NCBI GenBank assembly: GCA_964630405.1
Contig: CAZVUC010000017.1
Location: 48,536-112,535 of the forward strand
Direction: 5' to 3'
Source of the DNA: an uncultured Syntrophobacterales bacterium
Lineage (GTDB): Bacteria; Desulfobacterota; Binatia; UBA9968; JAJDTQ01
DNA length: 64,000 nucleotides
Shown here: in pieces, positions 11,020 through 21,194 of the stretch
How the letters are laid out: every line of letters starts with the position of its first letter
Numbering within the stretch: the stretch's first letter is position 1
The notes under the pieces: generated by a model
Database searches by the model: none
Told to the model about the DNA's origin: nothing
The model's input: the letters and a program-made list of their open reading frames with translations, nothing else
Translations under genes and position numbers: made by a program

Positions 11020-12516
11020 CTACTGCCGGATGGCCGCGTTCTGTTCCGCGCCGGGGAACACCAGGGATTTGATGACCACGGGTACCGCCCCCGAAGAGGG
11101 GATCAGGGCGCCGACGTCGATGTAGTCGAACTCCTGCAGCGCGATGCCGTCCACCGAGATGATGGGCTTGTCGAGCTTCATCTCCTCCTTGAAGTGGAGC
11201 CCCAGGATGCCGCCGATGTCGCCGTCGTTGACCAGGATCAGCGGGTGCCCCTTGTCGAGCACCGGCTGGAGTCCCTCCACCACCGCTCCGCAGAAGCCCT
11301 GCAGACGCGCGAAGGTGGCGGACCCTTCCCAGTGGAACGCCAGCGCCACCGGCTGGCGGCCCGCCTGCAGGTCGAGGCGGCGGAGCGCGTTGTCGATGGC
11401 GCCGATGACCTTCGCCCCATCGATGTCGTTGCCCCACTCGAAGTCGACCCGGACCACCGGGACGTTCCTCACCGGCACCGCTTCCGGCGGCGAGATGAAG
11501 ATGGTGCTGCCGCTGACCTGGATGGTGTACTGGGAGGCGCCGATGACGGTGGCGCGAATGCGCGCCGAAGGTTCCAGGATCGGTATCCCCAGGCCTTCCA
11601 CCCGTTGGCGGATCTCCCGGCCCAGCATCGCGCCCATGTCGCCGAAGCCGTTGCCGGCGTGACCGTAGATGAACTCGGAAACTCCGCCCGAGAAGGTAAC
11701 CGCATCGACCTTGCCGCGGTATGAAAGCGGCGGCAGCCGGAGCAGATCGCGGGTCTCGTCGCCGAGGTCCTGCTGGTTGACCACCTCGAACAGGCGGTCC
11801 GCCATCTCGGAAGCGATGGCCTGGAGCGTATCCTCGTTCATGAGCTGGCCCAGCTCCAACTCGACGCCTACCGCGCCGCCGTGGCGCCGCCCGGCCTCCT
11901 CCACCCGCACCACCGTGTTGCCCTCGTCCATGGCCAGGAGCCGGGCGCCCACGTCGATGGCCGTGACCTCGCGCACCCTGCCGCCCGCGCACACCGCGAT
12001 CTTGCTGGTGCCCCCGCCCACGTCGATGTTCAACACCACCGCGTCTTCGCGACCCGAGCGGGCCACCGCTCCCGAGCCATGGGCCGCCATCGTCGTTTCG
12101 AGCCCGTCCCCGGCGGTCACCGAGACGAACCGACCCGCCTCCTCGGCAAACAGGTCGGCGATGGCACGCGAGTTGCGCCGCCTCACGGCCACGCCGGTGA
12201 GGATCAGCGCGCCGGTGTCGACATCCTCGCGCTCGAGTTGCGCGTGCTTGTACTGTTCGTTGATGAACCGGCCCAACTGCTCCACGTCTATGGTCAGGTC
12301 GTCGGTGTAGGGGGTGAGCAGAATTTCCGATTCGCTCAGCACCGTCCGCTTCTTGACGACGTAGCGGGTGCCTTCCTGGCTCAACTCGAGAAGCGAGAAC
12401 ACCAGGTGGGACGTGGACGAGCCGATGTCCACGCCCACGCTGGTGAGCTTGATCTCGTCTTCGTCAACGATGTGTCTGCCGGAACCGGTGAAACCGAGGG
12501 ATCCTGTGTCGGCCAC
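11020..12516 (-). CDS. eutA: EutA-like (ethanolamine ammonia-lyase reactivase family, ASKHA fold) ATPase
   Basis: Matches E. coli EutA at three landmarks: [19 protein letters not shown] (EutA VGIDIGTTTTQVIFSRLEL), [15 protein letters not shown] (EutA LNIDIGGGTSNYALF), and C-terminal [25 protein letters not shown] (EutA DYIDIGTPLFGGSVVPVTVKSLAFP). Confidence 0.75.
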   Translation of the reverse strand: MADTGSLGFTGSGRHIVDEDEIKLTSVGVDIGSSTSHLVFSLLELSQEGTRYVVKKRTVLSESEILLTPYTDDLTIDVEQLGRFINEQYKHAQLEREDVDTGALILTGVAVRRRNSRAIADLFAEEAGRFVSVTAGDGLETTMAAHGSGAVARSGREDAVVLNIDVGGGTSKIAVCAGGRVREVTAIDVGARLLAMDEGNTVVRVEEAGRRHGGAVGVELELGQLMNEDTLQAIASEMADRLFEVVNQQDLGDETRDLLRLPPLSYRGKVDAVTFSGGVSEFIYGHAGNGFGDMGAMLGREIRQRVEGLGIPILEPSARIRATVIGASQYTIQVSGSTIFISPPEAVPVRNVPVVRVDFEWGNDIDGAKVIGAIDNALRRLDLQAGRQPVALAFHWEGSATFARLQGFCGAVVEGLQPVLDKGHPLILVNDGDIGGILGLHFKEEMKLDKPIISVDGIALQEFDYIDVGALIPSSGAVPVVIKSLVFPGAEQNAAIRQ

Positions 12517-12526
12517 GGGCGGTTCC

Positions 12527-13723
12527 TCAGGCTTCCGGCTGGTAGATCTCGCCGGGCATCTTGGACTTCATCCCCTCCTTGGCCAGGGTCTCCTCGAACT
12601 CCTTGCGCAGGAACGGATCCTCGTCCCGGTAGGCGATGGCGGTGCCGCCGTCCTTGATCTCGATGGCGCCGTAGTCGATGGCCTTCTCGCCGGGCCGGCC
12701 GCGCTCGCGTCCGGGCGCGTGGGGGCCGAACCAAGCCGACAGCCGCAACGGCTCCGCGCTGACGCCGAAGTGGGCATGGAACCAGTTGCCGCCCATGGGG
12801 GCCGCGCTCACCATGCCGACGGGCTCGTAGTCCTGCCGCTTCACCCCTTCCGCCTTGCCGTCCTTCCACGGCGTGGGACCCAGGGTGGAGGGCCAGGTAT
12901 AGGTGTAGCCCTTGCCCTTGACGCAGATGAGCACCGCGGCGGAGCCGTGGGCGTGGGCCTTGGAGTAGCGGCCGGTCTCGTGCTGGCCGATCCACAGGTA
13001 GAAGCTGTTGCCCACCATGTGCGGCTCGATGCGGCGGTAGCCGGGCGAGCGTCGGTTGTCCAGCGGCAACTCGCAGGTGACGATGTCCGGGATGATGTTG
13101 GTCTGGCGCATGGCCAGCCCGCGCACCGGATCCGGCTCGATCTCCTCGTTGGGCTTGTAGTAGTCCTCGGTCTCCTTGTAGCGGTCGCTGAAGACGTAGG
13201 GGCAGTTGAAGATGAAGTCGGTGTTGTTGAACAGGTTCATGATGTTGGGCGCGGTGGTCCCGGCCAACAGCAATGCCGGGCTCGAGGTCGCGTTGACGAT
13301 CTGGTACATGGCGTTCACCGGAATCGCGAACAGCGACCCCTGCTGCCACTCGAAGGTGTGCTTCTTGTCACTACCGTCGGCCCACACCTCGGTGGTGCCG
13401 CGGCCCTCGACCACGAAGAACTGCGCCTCGTACAAATGCTTCTGCGCGTTCAAGGCCCCGGCGCCGGGTACCTCCACCACGTAGGAACCCCAGAGCCCCT
13501 CCGTCCCCAGGAGCTGGATGAAGCTGGCGTTTCCTCCGACCCGCTTCCAATGCTTCAAGGGCAGGTTCTGGACCTTCTCCACGCCGATGTCCCGGTAGAT
13601 GGGGATCTCTTGCTCTTCCATGAAGGTATCGTAGGGCGTGTTGGGACGAAGGAACTTCCCGTAGCCCGCCTTCTGCATCTCGCCCGTGGGCTCCTGCCAT
13701 TTCTCTTTTCCGTTGCCAGCCAT
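12527..13723 (-). CDS. Bicupin protein (two cupin barrels), paralog 1
   Basis: 398 aa; two cupin-like blocks (FFVVEGRGTTEVW and AHAHGSAAVLICVKGKGYTY with an HxH metal motif); CAGGAGG RBS; 10 nt upstream of the eutA-like gene; about 60% identical to the ORF at 59002..60243. Confidence 0.6.
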   Translation of the reverse strand: MAGNGKEKWQEPTGEMQKAGYGKFLRPNTPYDTFMEEQEIPIYRDIGVEKVQNLPLKHWKRVGGNASFIQLLGTEGLWGSYVVEVPGAGALNAQKHLYEAQFFVVEGRGTTEVWADGSDKKHTFEWQQGSLFAIPVNAMYQIVNATSSPALLLAGTTAPNIMNLFNNTDFIFNCPYVFSDRYKETEDYYKPNEEIEPDPVRGLAMRQTNIIPDIVTCELPLDNRRSPGYRRIEPHMVGNSFYLWIGQHETGRYSKAHAHGSAAVLICVKGKGYTYTWPSTLGPTPWKDGKAEGVKRQDYEPVGMVSAAPMGGNWFHAHFGVSAEPLRLSAWFGPHAPGRERGRPGEKAIDYGAIEIKDGGTAIAYRDEDPFLRKEFEETLAKEGMKSKMPGEIYQPEA

Positions 13724-13816
13724 AAGTGCCTCCTGAAGTGTGTGTGCCGCTCAATATAGACAATAGGCGCCCGAGCGTCCAGGGTCGGCGGGGCGCGACC
13801 GGGTGCCGGGGGTGCC

Positions 13817-14905
13817 TCAAGGGTCGCGCGTCATCGTGACCGCGATATTGCCCACGTGGCGCTTGGCGATGAACGCCTGCTGGGCGGCGACCAGCTCGCG
13901 CAAGGGGTAGGTCGCTGCCAGCACGGGCTTGATCTCGCCACGCTCGATATAGCCCACGAGGTCGGCGAAGACCCCGGGCGGCGGCACCGTGGCGCCGGTG
14001 AACACCAGGTCGCGCAGGTAGAATGTTCTCAGATCGAACCGCACCATCGGCCCGGCGATGGCCCCGGCGCAGGTATACCGGCCACCCCGCGACAGGACCG
14101 AAATCAGCCGGGGCCAGAGCGGGCCGCCCACCACGTCGGCCACCACCGTCACCTCTCCGGCGCCGGTTGCCTTCACGAGGGCTGCCCTCAGGTCTTCCGG
14201 GGCACGCGGCAGCACATGATCGGCGCCGAGGGCCCTGACAGCCTCGGCCTTGTCCTCGCCGCAGAGCGCGACGGTCTGGGCGCCGCGACGCCGGGCGAGC
14301 TGGATCAGGGCGGAACCCACGCCGCCGGACGCCCCCGTCGCCAGAACCCGGTCCTGCGCTCCTACGCCGGCGCGGTTCAGCATGTACTCCGCGGTCAGAC
14401 AGGAGGTCGCGAAGGTTGCCAGCTCGGAATCCGAAAGATCGCTGTCCACCGCATGGACGTTTCGGACATCGGCCACGGTGTACTCGGCGAAGCCGCCGTC
14501 GCACTCCGAGCCCAAGTAGCCGCATTTGTCGCGATCGAGCGGATCCCTCCAGTCGCGCAGCCAGGGGTCCACCAGCACTCGCCTGTCCAGGAGCGCGGCG
14601 TCGCAACCAGCGCCGAGGGCAACCACCCGTCCGCACGCGTCCGCCCCCTGAATACGGGGAAAGGTGATGGGCTTGCCGCCCCAGGTCGCATCCGCGTCGC
14701 CGGCGTCTTGGAGCGCCTCACCGGTCGTGGCCTCGGAGACACCAGCCGAGTACCACCCCGTGCGGGTATTGACGTCGGTATTGTTGAGACCGCAGGCGCC
14801 GACTTCGATGAGAACCTGGCCGGGACCCGGCAGCGGACGCGGCCAATCCTCTCGATAGCCCAGCAGATCGAGGCCGCCGTGACCGGTCAACACCACGGCG
14901 CGCAT
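13817..14905 (-). CDS. Zinc-binding alcohol dehydrogenase / quinone oxidoreductase (MDR family)
   Basis: MRAVVLTGHGG...QVLIEVGACGLNNTD... MDR N-terminus; Rossmann motif VLATGASGGVGSALIQLA; start moved to the internal ATG at 14905. Confidence 0.7.
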   Translation of the reverse strand: MRAVVLTGHGGLDLLGYREDWPRPLPGPGQVLIEVGACGLNNTDVNTRTGWYSAGVSEATTGEALQDAGDADATWGGKPITFPRIQGADACGRVVALGAGCDAALLDRRVLVDPWLRDWRDPLDRDKCGYLGSECDGGFAEYTVADVRNVHAVDSDLSDSELATFATSCLTAEYMLNRAGVGAQDRVLATGASGGVGSALIQLARRRGAQTVALCGEDKAEAVRALGADHVLPRAPEDLRAALVKATGAGEVTVVADVVGGPLWPRLISVLSRGGRYTCAGAIAGPMVRFDLRTFYLRDLVFTGATVPPPGVFADLVGYIERGEIKPVLAATYPLRELVAAQQAFIAKRHVGNIAVTMTRDP

Positions 14906-15001
14906 GACGCCGGGCAAGGTCGGCCGGCCCCTGGACGTGCGATTCGTCGTCTTGCCGGCAGCCATTCCGGAAAGGGCACCCGCGTACCGAGAACCTTCGG
15001 G

Positions 15002-15418
15002 TCAGTCGAAGCAGTCGAGCCCGGCGGCCGCGACTCCCACCCTGGCGATGTCCTCGTCCTCGTCGGAGGTGCCGCCGCTCACGCCCACGGCGCCCACCAC
15101 GTCGTCGCCGTCGCGGATCAGCAGGCCGCCGGCGGCGGGAACCACCTTGCCGTCGGCCAGTGCGGTGAGGGCGGCGAGGAAGGTCGGGCGCTCGTTGAGG
15201 CGCTCGGCGATGGAGCGGCTGGAGCCGCCCATGCCCAGGGAACCCCAGGCCTTGCCGATGGCGATCTGGGGGCGCAGGATGCTGGTGCCGTCCTCGCGCT
15301 TGAAGGCCTTGAGGTGGCCGCCGTCGTCGAGCACGGCGACGGCCATGGGCCTGAGGTCCAGCTTGCGGGCCTGGGCCAGGGTTTCGTCGACGATGATCGT
15401 TGCCTGTTCAAGGCTCAT
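15002..15418 (-). CDS. GlcG/HbpS-like (DUF336) heme-binding-fold protein
   Basis: 138 aa with DUF336-like MAVAVLDDGGHLKAFKREDG and C-terminal GAVGVSGG motif; overlaps the mscK-like stop by 11 nt. Confidence 0.55.
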   Translation of the reverse strand: MSLEQATIIVDETLAQARKLDLRPMAVAVLDDGGHLKAFKREDGTSILRPQIAIGKAWGSLGMGGSSRSIAERLNERPTFLAALTALADGKVVPAAGGLLIRDGDDVVGAVGVSGGTSDEDEDIARVGVAAAGLDCFD

Positions 15419-18380
15419 TCTTGAGCTGCTTCGTGCCAAGATTGTCCTCCTTTTCCTTCGATGCCTGCTCTTCCGCCTCCGGAGCATCCGCCGTCCCCGT
15501 AGCGGCCGCTCCCGTGCCCGGCCGGGTCTCCACCTGCAGCGGCGGCTGCCCCTGCTTGGTCTCGCCCCAGTAGACGGTGCGGTGCGGGAAGGGTATCTCG
15601 ATGCCCCGCTCGTCGAACGCTTTCTTCAGACGCCGGTTGTACTCGCGGCCGATCCGCCACTGCTGGACCGGCCGGGTCTTGAGCCGCGCGCGCACGATCA
15701 CCGCGGAATCCTCGAACCGGTCCACGCCCATGATCTCGATGGGTTCCAGCATGTCCCGGCGATACTGCGGCTCCTGGCGCATGGCTTCGTCCACTTCCTT
15801 CATCACCGCCACCACCTCGTCGGTGTCCTCGCGATAGCCCACTCCCACGTCCATCAGGTAGCGGGAGTAGTCCTTGGTCATGTTCTCCACGTGCTCGATG
15901 GTGCTGTTGGGCACGAAGTGCACGTTGCCGCTCAGGTCTCGGATGCGCACGGACCGCAGGGTAACTTTCTCCACCGTGCCGGTGACTCCGCCGACGTCCA
16001 CCACGTCGCCGGCGCCCACGCTGCCCTCGGTGAGGATGAAGAGGCCGTTGATGATGTCCTTGATCAGCGACTGGGCGGCGAAACCTACAGCCAATCCGAA
16101 TATCCCGATGCCCGCCAGCAGCGGACCGACCTCGATGCCGGCAAGTTGCAGGATCAGGAGAAGGCCCAGCAGGAACACCACCAGCTTGACGGCCGTCTGG
16201 GCCAGCGGCGCAAGGGTCTGGAGCTTTCTCCCCGCCTCCTGGCTGCCCACCCTGTCCAGGACCCTCGGGCGCAGGAGCGACTGGACGGTGGCGTTGCTGA
16301 GCCGCACCAGGGCCACACCGGCCACCACCACCAACACCATCAAGGCCCCCCTCGCCAGCACCGTCGCGCCCGCGGGGGTGCCGAGAAACTCCGCCACCGA
16401 GACGCCCCAGATCTCCAGCAACACGGCCGCGGCCAGAAGCCACAGCGGCAGGTCCACCAGCACCCGCAAGAGGCCGCCGCGCACGCTGTCGGCGGGGTCG
16501 TTTCCTGCTTCCGGGGCGCCCAGCCTCGCCGCGGCCCTTTCCCATACCGCGCGGACCGCGCCCTTCACGTAGAAGGACACCAGCAGCACCGCCAGCGCCA
16601 GCAGCCCGGTTCCCATGATCCTCTGCCAGACGAACTGCGACGCGTACTGATATCCGGCGAAATTGAGGGCGATGACGCCCACGAGCACCGCCACCACCAC
16701 GAGATGCACCAAGGGCCACACCGACCACAGAAAGCCATCCTGCGAACGGCTGGCGCGGAGGGCCGCCGCCATGACCGCGCTTCTCCGGCTGCATCCCACC
16801 GCCGCCAGCGCCAGCACCATCAGGGCGAATGCGATCATCAGCAGGCGCGCCAGCGCGAGGCTCGCGCCCACGTCGTCTCCGGGAGCGTTCAGCAGCACGT
16901 AACGCGGTATGAGCAGCACCAACGCGGCGACGCAAAGCGCCAAAACCGCCGCCCGAAGCCATCGGCCGGCTTCCGGGGCCACCCCCCACCGACGCTCGCC
17001 ATGGCCGTCCGCACGGAAAACCGCGTCGCCGAAGAGTCCCGCCCACAGGACCAGCGCGGCCAGTTGCAGAGCCCCTGCCAGGGCCGGGCCGAGTGAGCCG
17101 TTCTGGGACAGTCCCAACTGCGGCAGGGCCAGGACGGCGAGGACGATGTAGACCGGCCATACAGCGGCGTGGACGGCCAGCAGCAACGCCACGCGATGCG
17201 CCGGTACCTCGAGCCCCCGGGCCCTGTGGCGGGTCAGCCGCCCCCGGAGGAACCGGGCCGCTCTCACGGCCAGCCACGGCATCACCCCGAAGACCAGCAC
17301 GGCCGCGGCCCACGGCCAGTACGAGCCGGCGAACCGTATCTCGGCCATTTGCCGTTCCCGAAGAAGCCACCCGTAAACGCGCGTCAGCAGGCCGACGCCG
17401 CCGTCCACCGCCTGGCCGAAGAGCGTACCGTTGGGCGGGAACAGCCCCAGGGGCTCGCGGTTCCGCAACCACAGCATCCGGTCCAGGACGAGCGTGTACA
17501 GGCTCTGCAGCTGATCTTCCCGCCGGCGCTTGAGATCCATCAAGCGGGCGGCGCGGTCCGCCAGCTCGGAGAGGACGCCTTCCTGGGCCTGCAATGCCTC
17601 CTTGCGATCCTCCATGAGGCTCTCGAGACGGGACCTCACCGCCGGCAACGGCTGCCCTTCCGCCGCCAGCGCCCGCGCGTAGTCCCTGGCTTCGGCATCC
17701 ACCCGGAACAGCAGCGTGCCCAGCTCGAACAGCGTCTGCCGGTACTCTCGAAGCCGCCGGCCCAACGGCTCTTGATCCGCGGACAGGCGGGGATTCCGTT
17801 GCGCCCGATGGCGGAATTTCTCGAGCTCCACCTTGATGTGGCGAGCCACCCAGTCCCCCGCGCCGTAGCGCTCCACCAGGTCCACGAGACGTTCCTTGTT
17901 GCGGATGTCCTGGGCCGTGAGGCGCTCCTGCTCCGAAAGCTCCCTGCTCACGCTCGCCAGTTCCCGGCGACGCGCCAGGGTGTCCTTCTGCACCTTCAGC
18001 ACTTGGAGCTCGAGGGTCATGAGCAGGCTTTCGACCCGTGACAGGGTCTCGGTCAGGCGCCTCTGGAGGATCGCGATGCGGTCGTCGAGCACCTCTTCCT
18101 CGAAGTCGATGCTCACGGCGGTGTCCGGCACGGGACGCGGGACGAGCGGCTCGGCGGCGCCGGGCTCGCCCGCGGGGGGAGGTGCGGGCGCGGGTCGAGG
18201 ATCCTGCGCGGCTTGCGGCTCTTCGGCGGGCCGGGTCTCCTGGCGGGCCGGCGGTTCCTCGACCGGCCGGTCCGCCCGCGCTCCGGGAGGCGTCTGGCCG
18301 AAGCCTGCGGAGGCGAACAGCGCGAACACGGCCATCGCCACAAGAACGGCCCGGCCCGCGGGCAGAATTTTTCGACTCAT
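15408..18380 (-). CDS. MscK/KefA-type mechanosensitive channel (MscS family) with long periplasmic coiled-coil N-terminus
   Basis: C-terminal MscS core ...[66 protein letters not shown]...; multiple TM helices; signal peptide at the chosen start MSRKILPAG. Confidence 0.8.
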   Translation of the reverse strand: MSRKILPAGRAVLVAMAVFALFASAGFGQTPPGARADRPVEEPPARQETRPAEEPQAAQDPRPAPAPPPAGEPGAAEPLVPRPVPDTAVSIDFEEEVLDDRIAILQRRLTETLSRVESLLMTLELQVLKVQKDTLARRRELASVSRELSEQERLTAQDIRNKERLVDLVERYGAGDWVARHIKVELEKFRHRAQRNPRLSADQEPLGRRLREYRQTLFELGTLLFRVDAEARDYARALAAEGQPLPAVRSRLESLMEDRKEALQAQEGVLSELADRAARLMDLKRRREDQLQSLYTLVLDRMLWLRNREPLGLFPPNGTLFGQAVDGGVGLLTRVYGWLLRERQMAEIRFAGSYWPWAAAVLVFGVMPWLAVRAARFLRGRLTRHRARGLEVPAHRVALLLAVHAAVWPVYIVLAVLALPQLGLSQNGSLGPALAGALQLAALVLWAGLFGDAVFRADGHGERRWGVAPEAGRWLRAAVLALCVAALVLLIPRYVLLNAPGDDVGASLALARLLMIAFALMVLALAAVGCSRRSAVMAAALRASRSQDGFLWSVWPLVHLVVVAVLVGVIALNFAGYQYASQFVWQRIMGTGLLALAVLLVSFYVKGAVRAVWERAAARLGAPEAGNDPADSVRGGLLRVLVDLPLWLLAAAVLLEIWGVSVAEFLGTPAGATVLARGALMVLVVVAGVALVRLSNATVQSLLRPRVLDRVGSQEAGRKLQTLAPLAQTAVKLVVFLLGLLLILQLAGIEVGPLLAGIGIFGLAVGFAAQSLIKDIINGLFILTEGSVGAGDVVDVGGVTGTVEKVTLRSVRIRDLSGNVHFVPNSTIEHVENMTKDYSRYLMDVGVGYREDTDEVVAVMKEVDEAMRQEPQYRRDMLEPIEIMGVDRFEDSAVIVRARLKTRPVQQWRIGREYNRRLKKAFDERGIEIPFPHRTVYWGETKQGQPPLQVETRPGTGAAATGTADAPEAEEQASKEKEDNLGTKQLKNEP

Positions 18381-18512
18381 TCCGGTTCTCTCGGAGGGGG
18401 CGGCGACGCGGGCAGCCCGCCCGACGGCCAGGCTGTGCTCCTCGCGCCTCATCCCTCGATCTGCTAGCTACTGTGTCTTGTTTCTTACTTCACCACTCGC
18501 CCTCGATTCAAG

Positions 18513-19943
18513 ATGACATCCCGCGGCAACGTCCTGCTCCTGGCCACCGCCCTCCTCGTCACCTTCACGACCGGGACCGCCAGCCGCATCTTCGCCATCT
18601 CGCTGCCGACCGTGGCCGCCGGCCTGCAGACCGACATGGTGGGCATCTCGTGGGCGCTGATCTCCTTCCAGTTGGCCACCGCTGCGCTGTCCCTGGTCTT
18701 CGGGCGCGTGGGGGACGTATACGGACGCCAGACCGTCTACATCTGGGGCATCGTGCTCTTCACCGCAAGCTCGCTGTTGTGCGGGCTGTCCGGAGACATC
18801 CTGCAGCTCATCGTCTACCGCGTGCTCCAGGGGGTCGGCGCCGCCATGATGCAGGCCCAGGGCCGGGCCCTGGCCATGGACGCATCCACCGAGGAGTCCA
18901 GGGGACGCGTGCAGGGGTTCATGACCACGGCGCATCACAGCGGCTTTCTGGTCGGCCCGGGCCTGGGCGGGTTCATCATCCAGTACATCCACTGGCGCGG
19001 CGTATTCTTCTTCCTCGTCCCCCTGGGAGCCGTCGCCACCGCCCTGGGGTTGGGCTTCCGGCGGCGCCAGGGGAGCGACGCGACCGAACGCTCCGGGAAC
19101 GGACGCCCGGCCATCGACTATCTCGGCGCCGGGCTGCTGGTGGCCGTCACCCTGGCGTTGATGGCCATCCTCGACCGCCAGGTCATGGAAGCCCTCGCTC
19201 CGCTCTGGCGTGCCGGCGCCGTTGGGGCCTTCGCGGCATTGGCCGCCGGATTCCTGTGGCGCGAGAGCCGGGCAGCGAGCCCCATCCTGAGCCTGGCGCT
19301 GTTCCGGATCCGGATGTTCGCCTTCAGCACGGTGGCAATGCTGCTGGTCTCCATCGTCAACACCCTGCACGTCTACCTGCTGCCGTTCTACCTGCAGGAC
19401 GTGCTGGGGCTGACCCCCTCCTTCATGGGCATCCTGTTCCTCAGCGCACCGATCTTCGCCGCCGCGCTGTCGCCGGTGGGCGGCATCATCGCCGACAAGG
19501 TCGGGCCTACAATACCGGCCACCGCGGGCGCCGTGCTGTATGCCGGAGCATCCTTCCTGGGAGTCTATTTCGCGGCGGGTTCGCACTGGATGCTGCCCAC
19601 GATGGCGCTGGTGCTGGTGGGACTGGGCAGCGCGCTCTTCTTCCCGCCCAACCACACGGCGCTGATATCGTCCGTGCCGTTGGAACACCGGGGCGTGGCC
19701 ACCGGCACCCTCTACACCATGTTCGGCCTGGGGAACGTCTTCGGCGTCACGGTGGGCAACTTCCTCATGACCGTGGCCTTCCGCATGCACTCCGGCGATC
19801 CGGAAGCGCTGCCCGCGGCCGCCGACCGGGCGTACTTCGTGCTGGCCCTTCAGGACACCTTCCTGATCACCACGGGCGTCGCACTGGCGGCGGTAGCGTG
19901 CTCGCTGTTGCGGGGACCCAACCACCCGTCACCCCGGGCCTGA
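18513..19943 (+). CDS. MFS transporter (DHA2/EmrB-like, 14 TMS)
   Basis: MFS signature GRVGDVYGRQ, strong hydrophobic periodicity, 476 aa. Confidence 0.8.
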   Translation: MTSRGNVLLLATALLVTFTTGTASRIFAISLPTVAAGLQTDMVGISWALISFQLATAALSLVFGRVGDVYGRQTVYIWGIVLFTASSLLCGLSGDILQLIVYRVLQGVGAAMMQAQGRALAMDASTEESRGRVQGFMTTAHHSGFLVGPGLGGFIIQYIHWRGVFFFLVPLGAVATALGLGFRRRQGSDATERSGNGRPAIDYLGAGLLVAVTLALMAILDRQVMEALAPLWRAGAVGAFAALAAGFLWRESRAASPILSLALFRIRMFAFSTVAMLLVSIVNTLHVYLLPFYLQDVLGLTPSFMGILFLSAPIFAAALSPVGGIIADKVGPTIPATAGAVLYAGASFLGVYFAAGSHWMLPTMALVLVGLGSALFFPPNHTALISSVPLEHRGVATGTLYTMFGLGNVFGVTVGNFLMTVAFRMHSGDPEALPAAADRAYFVLALQDTFLITTGVALAAVACSLLRGPNHPSPRA

Positions 19944-19995
19944 CCCGTGGTCCGGGCGGCAAGGCTGGGTCAGTGGCTTGTTCGGAGTCTCGCGG

Positions 19996-21078
19996 CTACC
20001 GCAGCCGCTCCGGCAGGTTGACGAAGGTGCTCATCTCGTGCGGCATGGCGGTAACCTGCGCTTTGCACACGTGGGCCGGAGTGAGCTGGTCGATGCTGGT
20101 GACGCCCAGCAGGCCCATGGCGATGACGATCTCGTTCTCCAGGAGTTGCAGCGCGCGCACCAGGCCCTCGTAACCCCCCGCCCCCAGGGCCCAGCCCTGA
20201 AGCTTGCCGATGGTCACGGCCTTGGCGCCCAGGGCCACCGCCTTCAGCACGTCGGTACCTCTCAGGAAGCCGCCGTCGATGATGATCTCGGCCTTGCCGC
20301 CCACGGCCTCCACGACTTCCGGGAGCATGTCCATGGTCCCCTGCCCGTGGTCGAGCTGGCGGCCGCCGTGGTTGGAGATGTAGATGACGTCCACGCCGTG
20401 CTTCAGGGCGACGGTTGCGTCCTCGGCGGTGGCCACGCCCTTGAGGAGGAACGGCATCCCGCCGATCTCCTTGATGGCGTCCATTGTCTCCCAGGTGAGC
20501 TTGGCCTGCCACAGCCGGTCCTGGTTGGCGGCCTCGCGCCGCTTGCTGGGCGGCAGCCAGCGGTTCATCAACTGCCGCTCCCGGTTGCTGTAGTGGGCCG
20601 AATCCACGGTGAGGCAGAGGGCCTTGTAGCCCGACTGCTTGACCCGTCCCAGGATCTCCTCGACCCAGTCCAGGCCGCCGCGGATATAGAGCTGGAATAT
20701 CTTGTCCGAGGGGGTGGCCGCGGCCGTCTCTTCGAGGGCGGGCTGGGTGACGGAGCTGACGAAGTTGACGGTGCCGAACTCGTTGGCGGCCTTGGCGGAG
20801 GCCACGGCGCCCTCCGGGGTGATCTGCTGAAGCGATCCGATGGGAGCCAGCATGACGGGAATGCGCAGCTTGTGGCCGAGCACCGTGGTGGAGGTGTCCA
20901 CCTCGGAGACGTCCACCAGCACCCGCGGACGAAGGGCCAGCGAGTCCAGGGCCAGCCGGTTGCGGCGCATGGTGGTCTCCGACTCGCTGCCGCCGCTCAG
21001 GTAGTCCCAGACCGGCTGGGGCAGGTTGCGCCGCGCGTCTACGATGATCTCCTGATTGCTGACGTACTGTTCACTCAT
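19996..21078 (-). CDS. FMN-dependent alpha-hydroxy acid dehydrogenase (L-lactate/glycolate oxidase family)
   Basis: Family motifs PVMLAPIG, SNHGGRQLD and IIDGGFLRGTDVLKAVALGA; start at MSEQYVSNQ. Confidence 0.8.
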   Translation of the reverse strand: MSEQYVSNQEIIVDARRNLPQPVWDYLSGGSESETTMRRNRLALDSLALRPRVLVDVSEVDTSTTVLGHKLRIPVMLAPIGSLQQITPEGAVASAKAANEFGTVNFVSSVTQPALEETAAATPSDKIFQLYIRGGLDWVEEILGRVKQSGYKALCLTVDSAHYSNRERQLMNRWLPPSKRREAANQDRLWQAKLTWETMDAIKEIGGMPFLLKGVATAEDATVALKHGVDVIYISNHGGRQLDHGQGTMDMLPEVVEAVGGKAEIIIDGGFLRGTDVLKAVALGAKAVTIGKLQGWALGAGGYEGLVRALQLLENEIVIAMGLLGVTSIDQLTPAHVCKAQVTAMPHEMSTFVNLPERLR

Positions 21079-21194
21079 TGCGATTCCCTTCCGACGAACG
21101 GCGTAAAGGCGCAACGGTGGGAGTCCGCATCCGCGGCGGACTCCCACCCGTCTCTTCCATCAATGACCGGCGGCCCCTGGGGCCTGGCTCGGAA

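Noticed and set aside
15415-17472. 685-aa minus-strand ORF in an alternative frame inside the MscK gene
   Set aside because: Extremely G/R/P/A-rich low-complexity translation. The MscS-family frame has conserved motifs and TM periodicity.
18038-20173. 711-aa plus-strand ORF spanning the MFS gene in another frame
   Set aside because: R/P/G-rich artefact with no motifs; the MFS frame has clear TM helices and the GRVGDVYGRQ signature.
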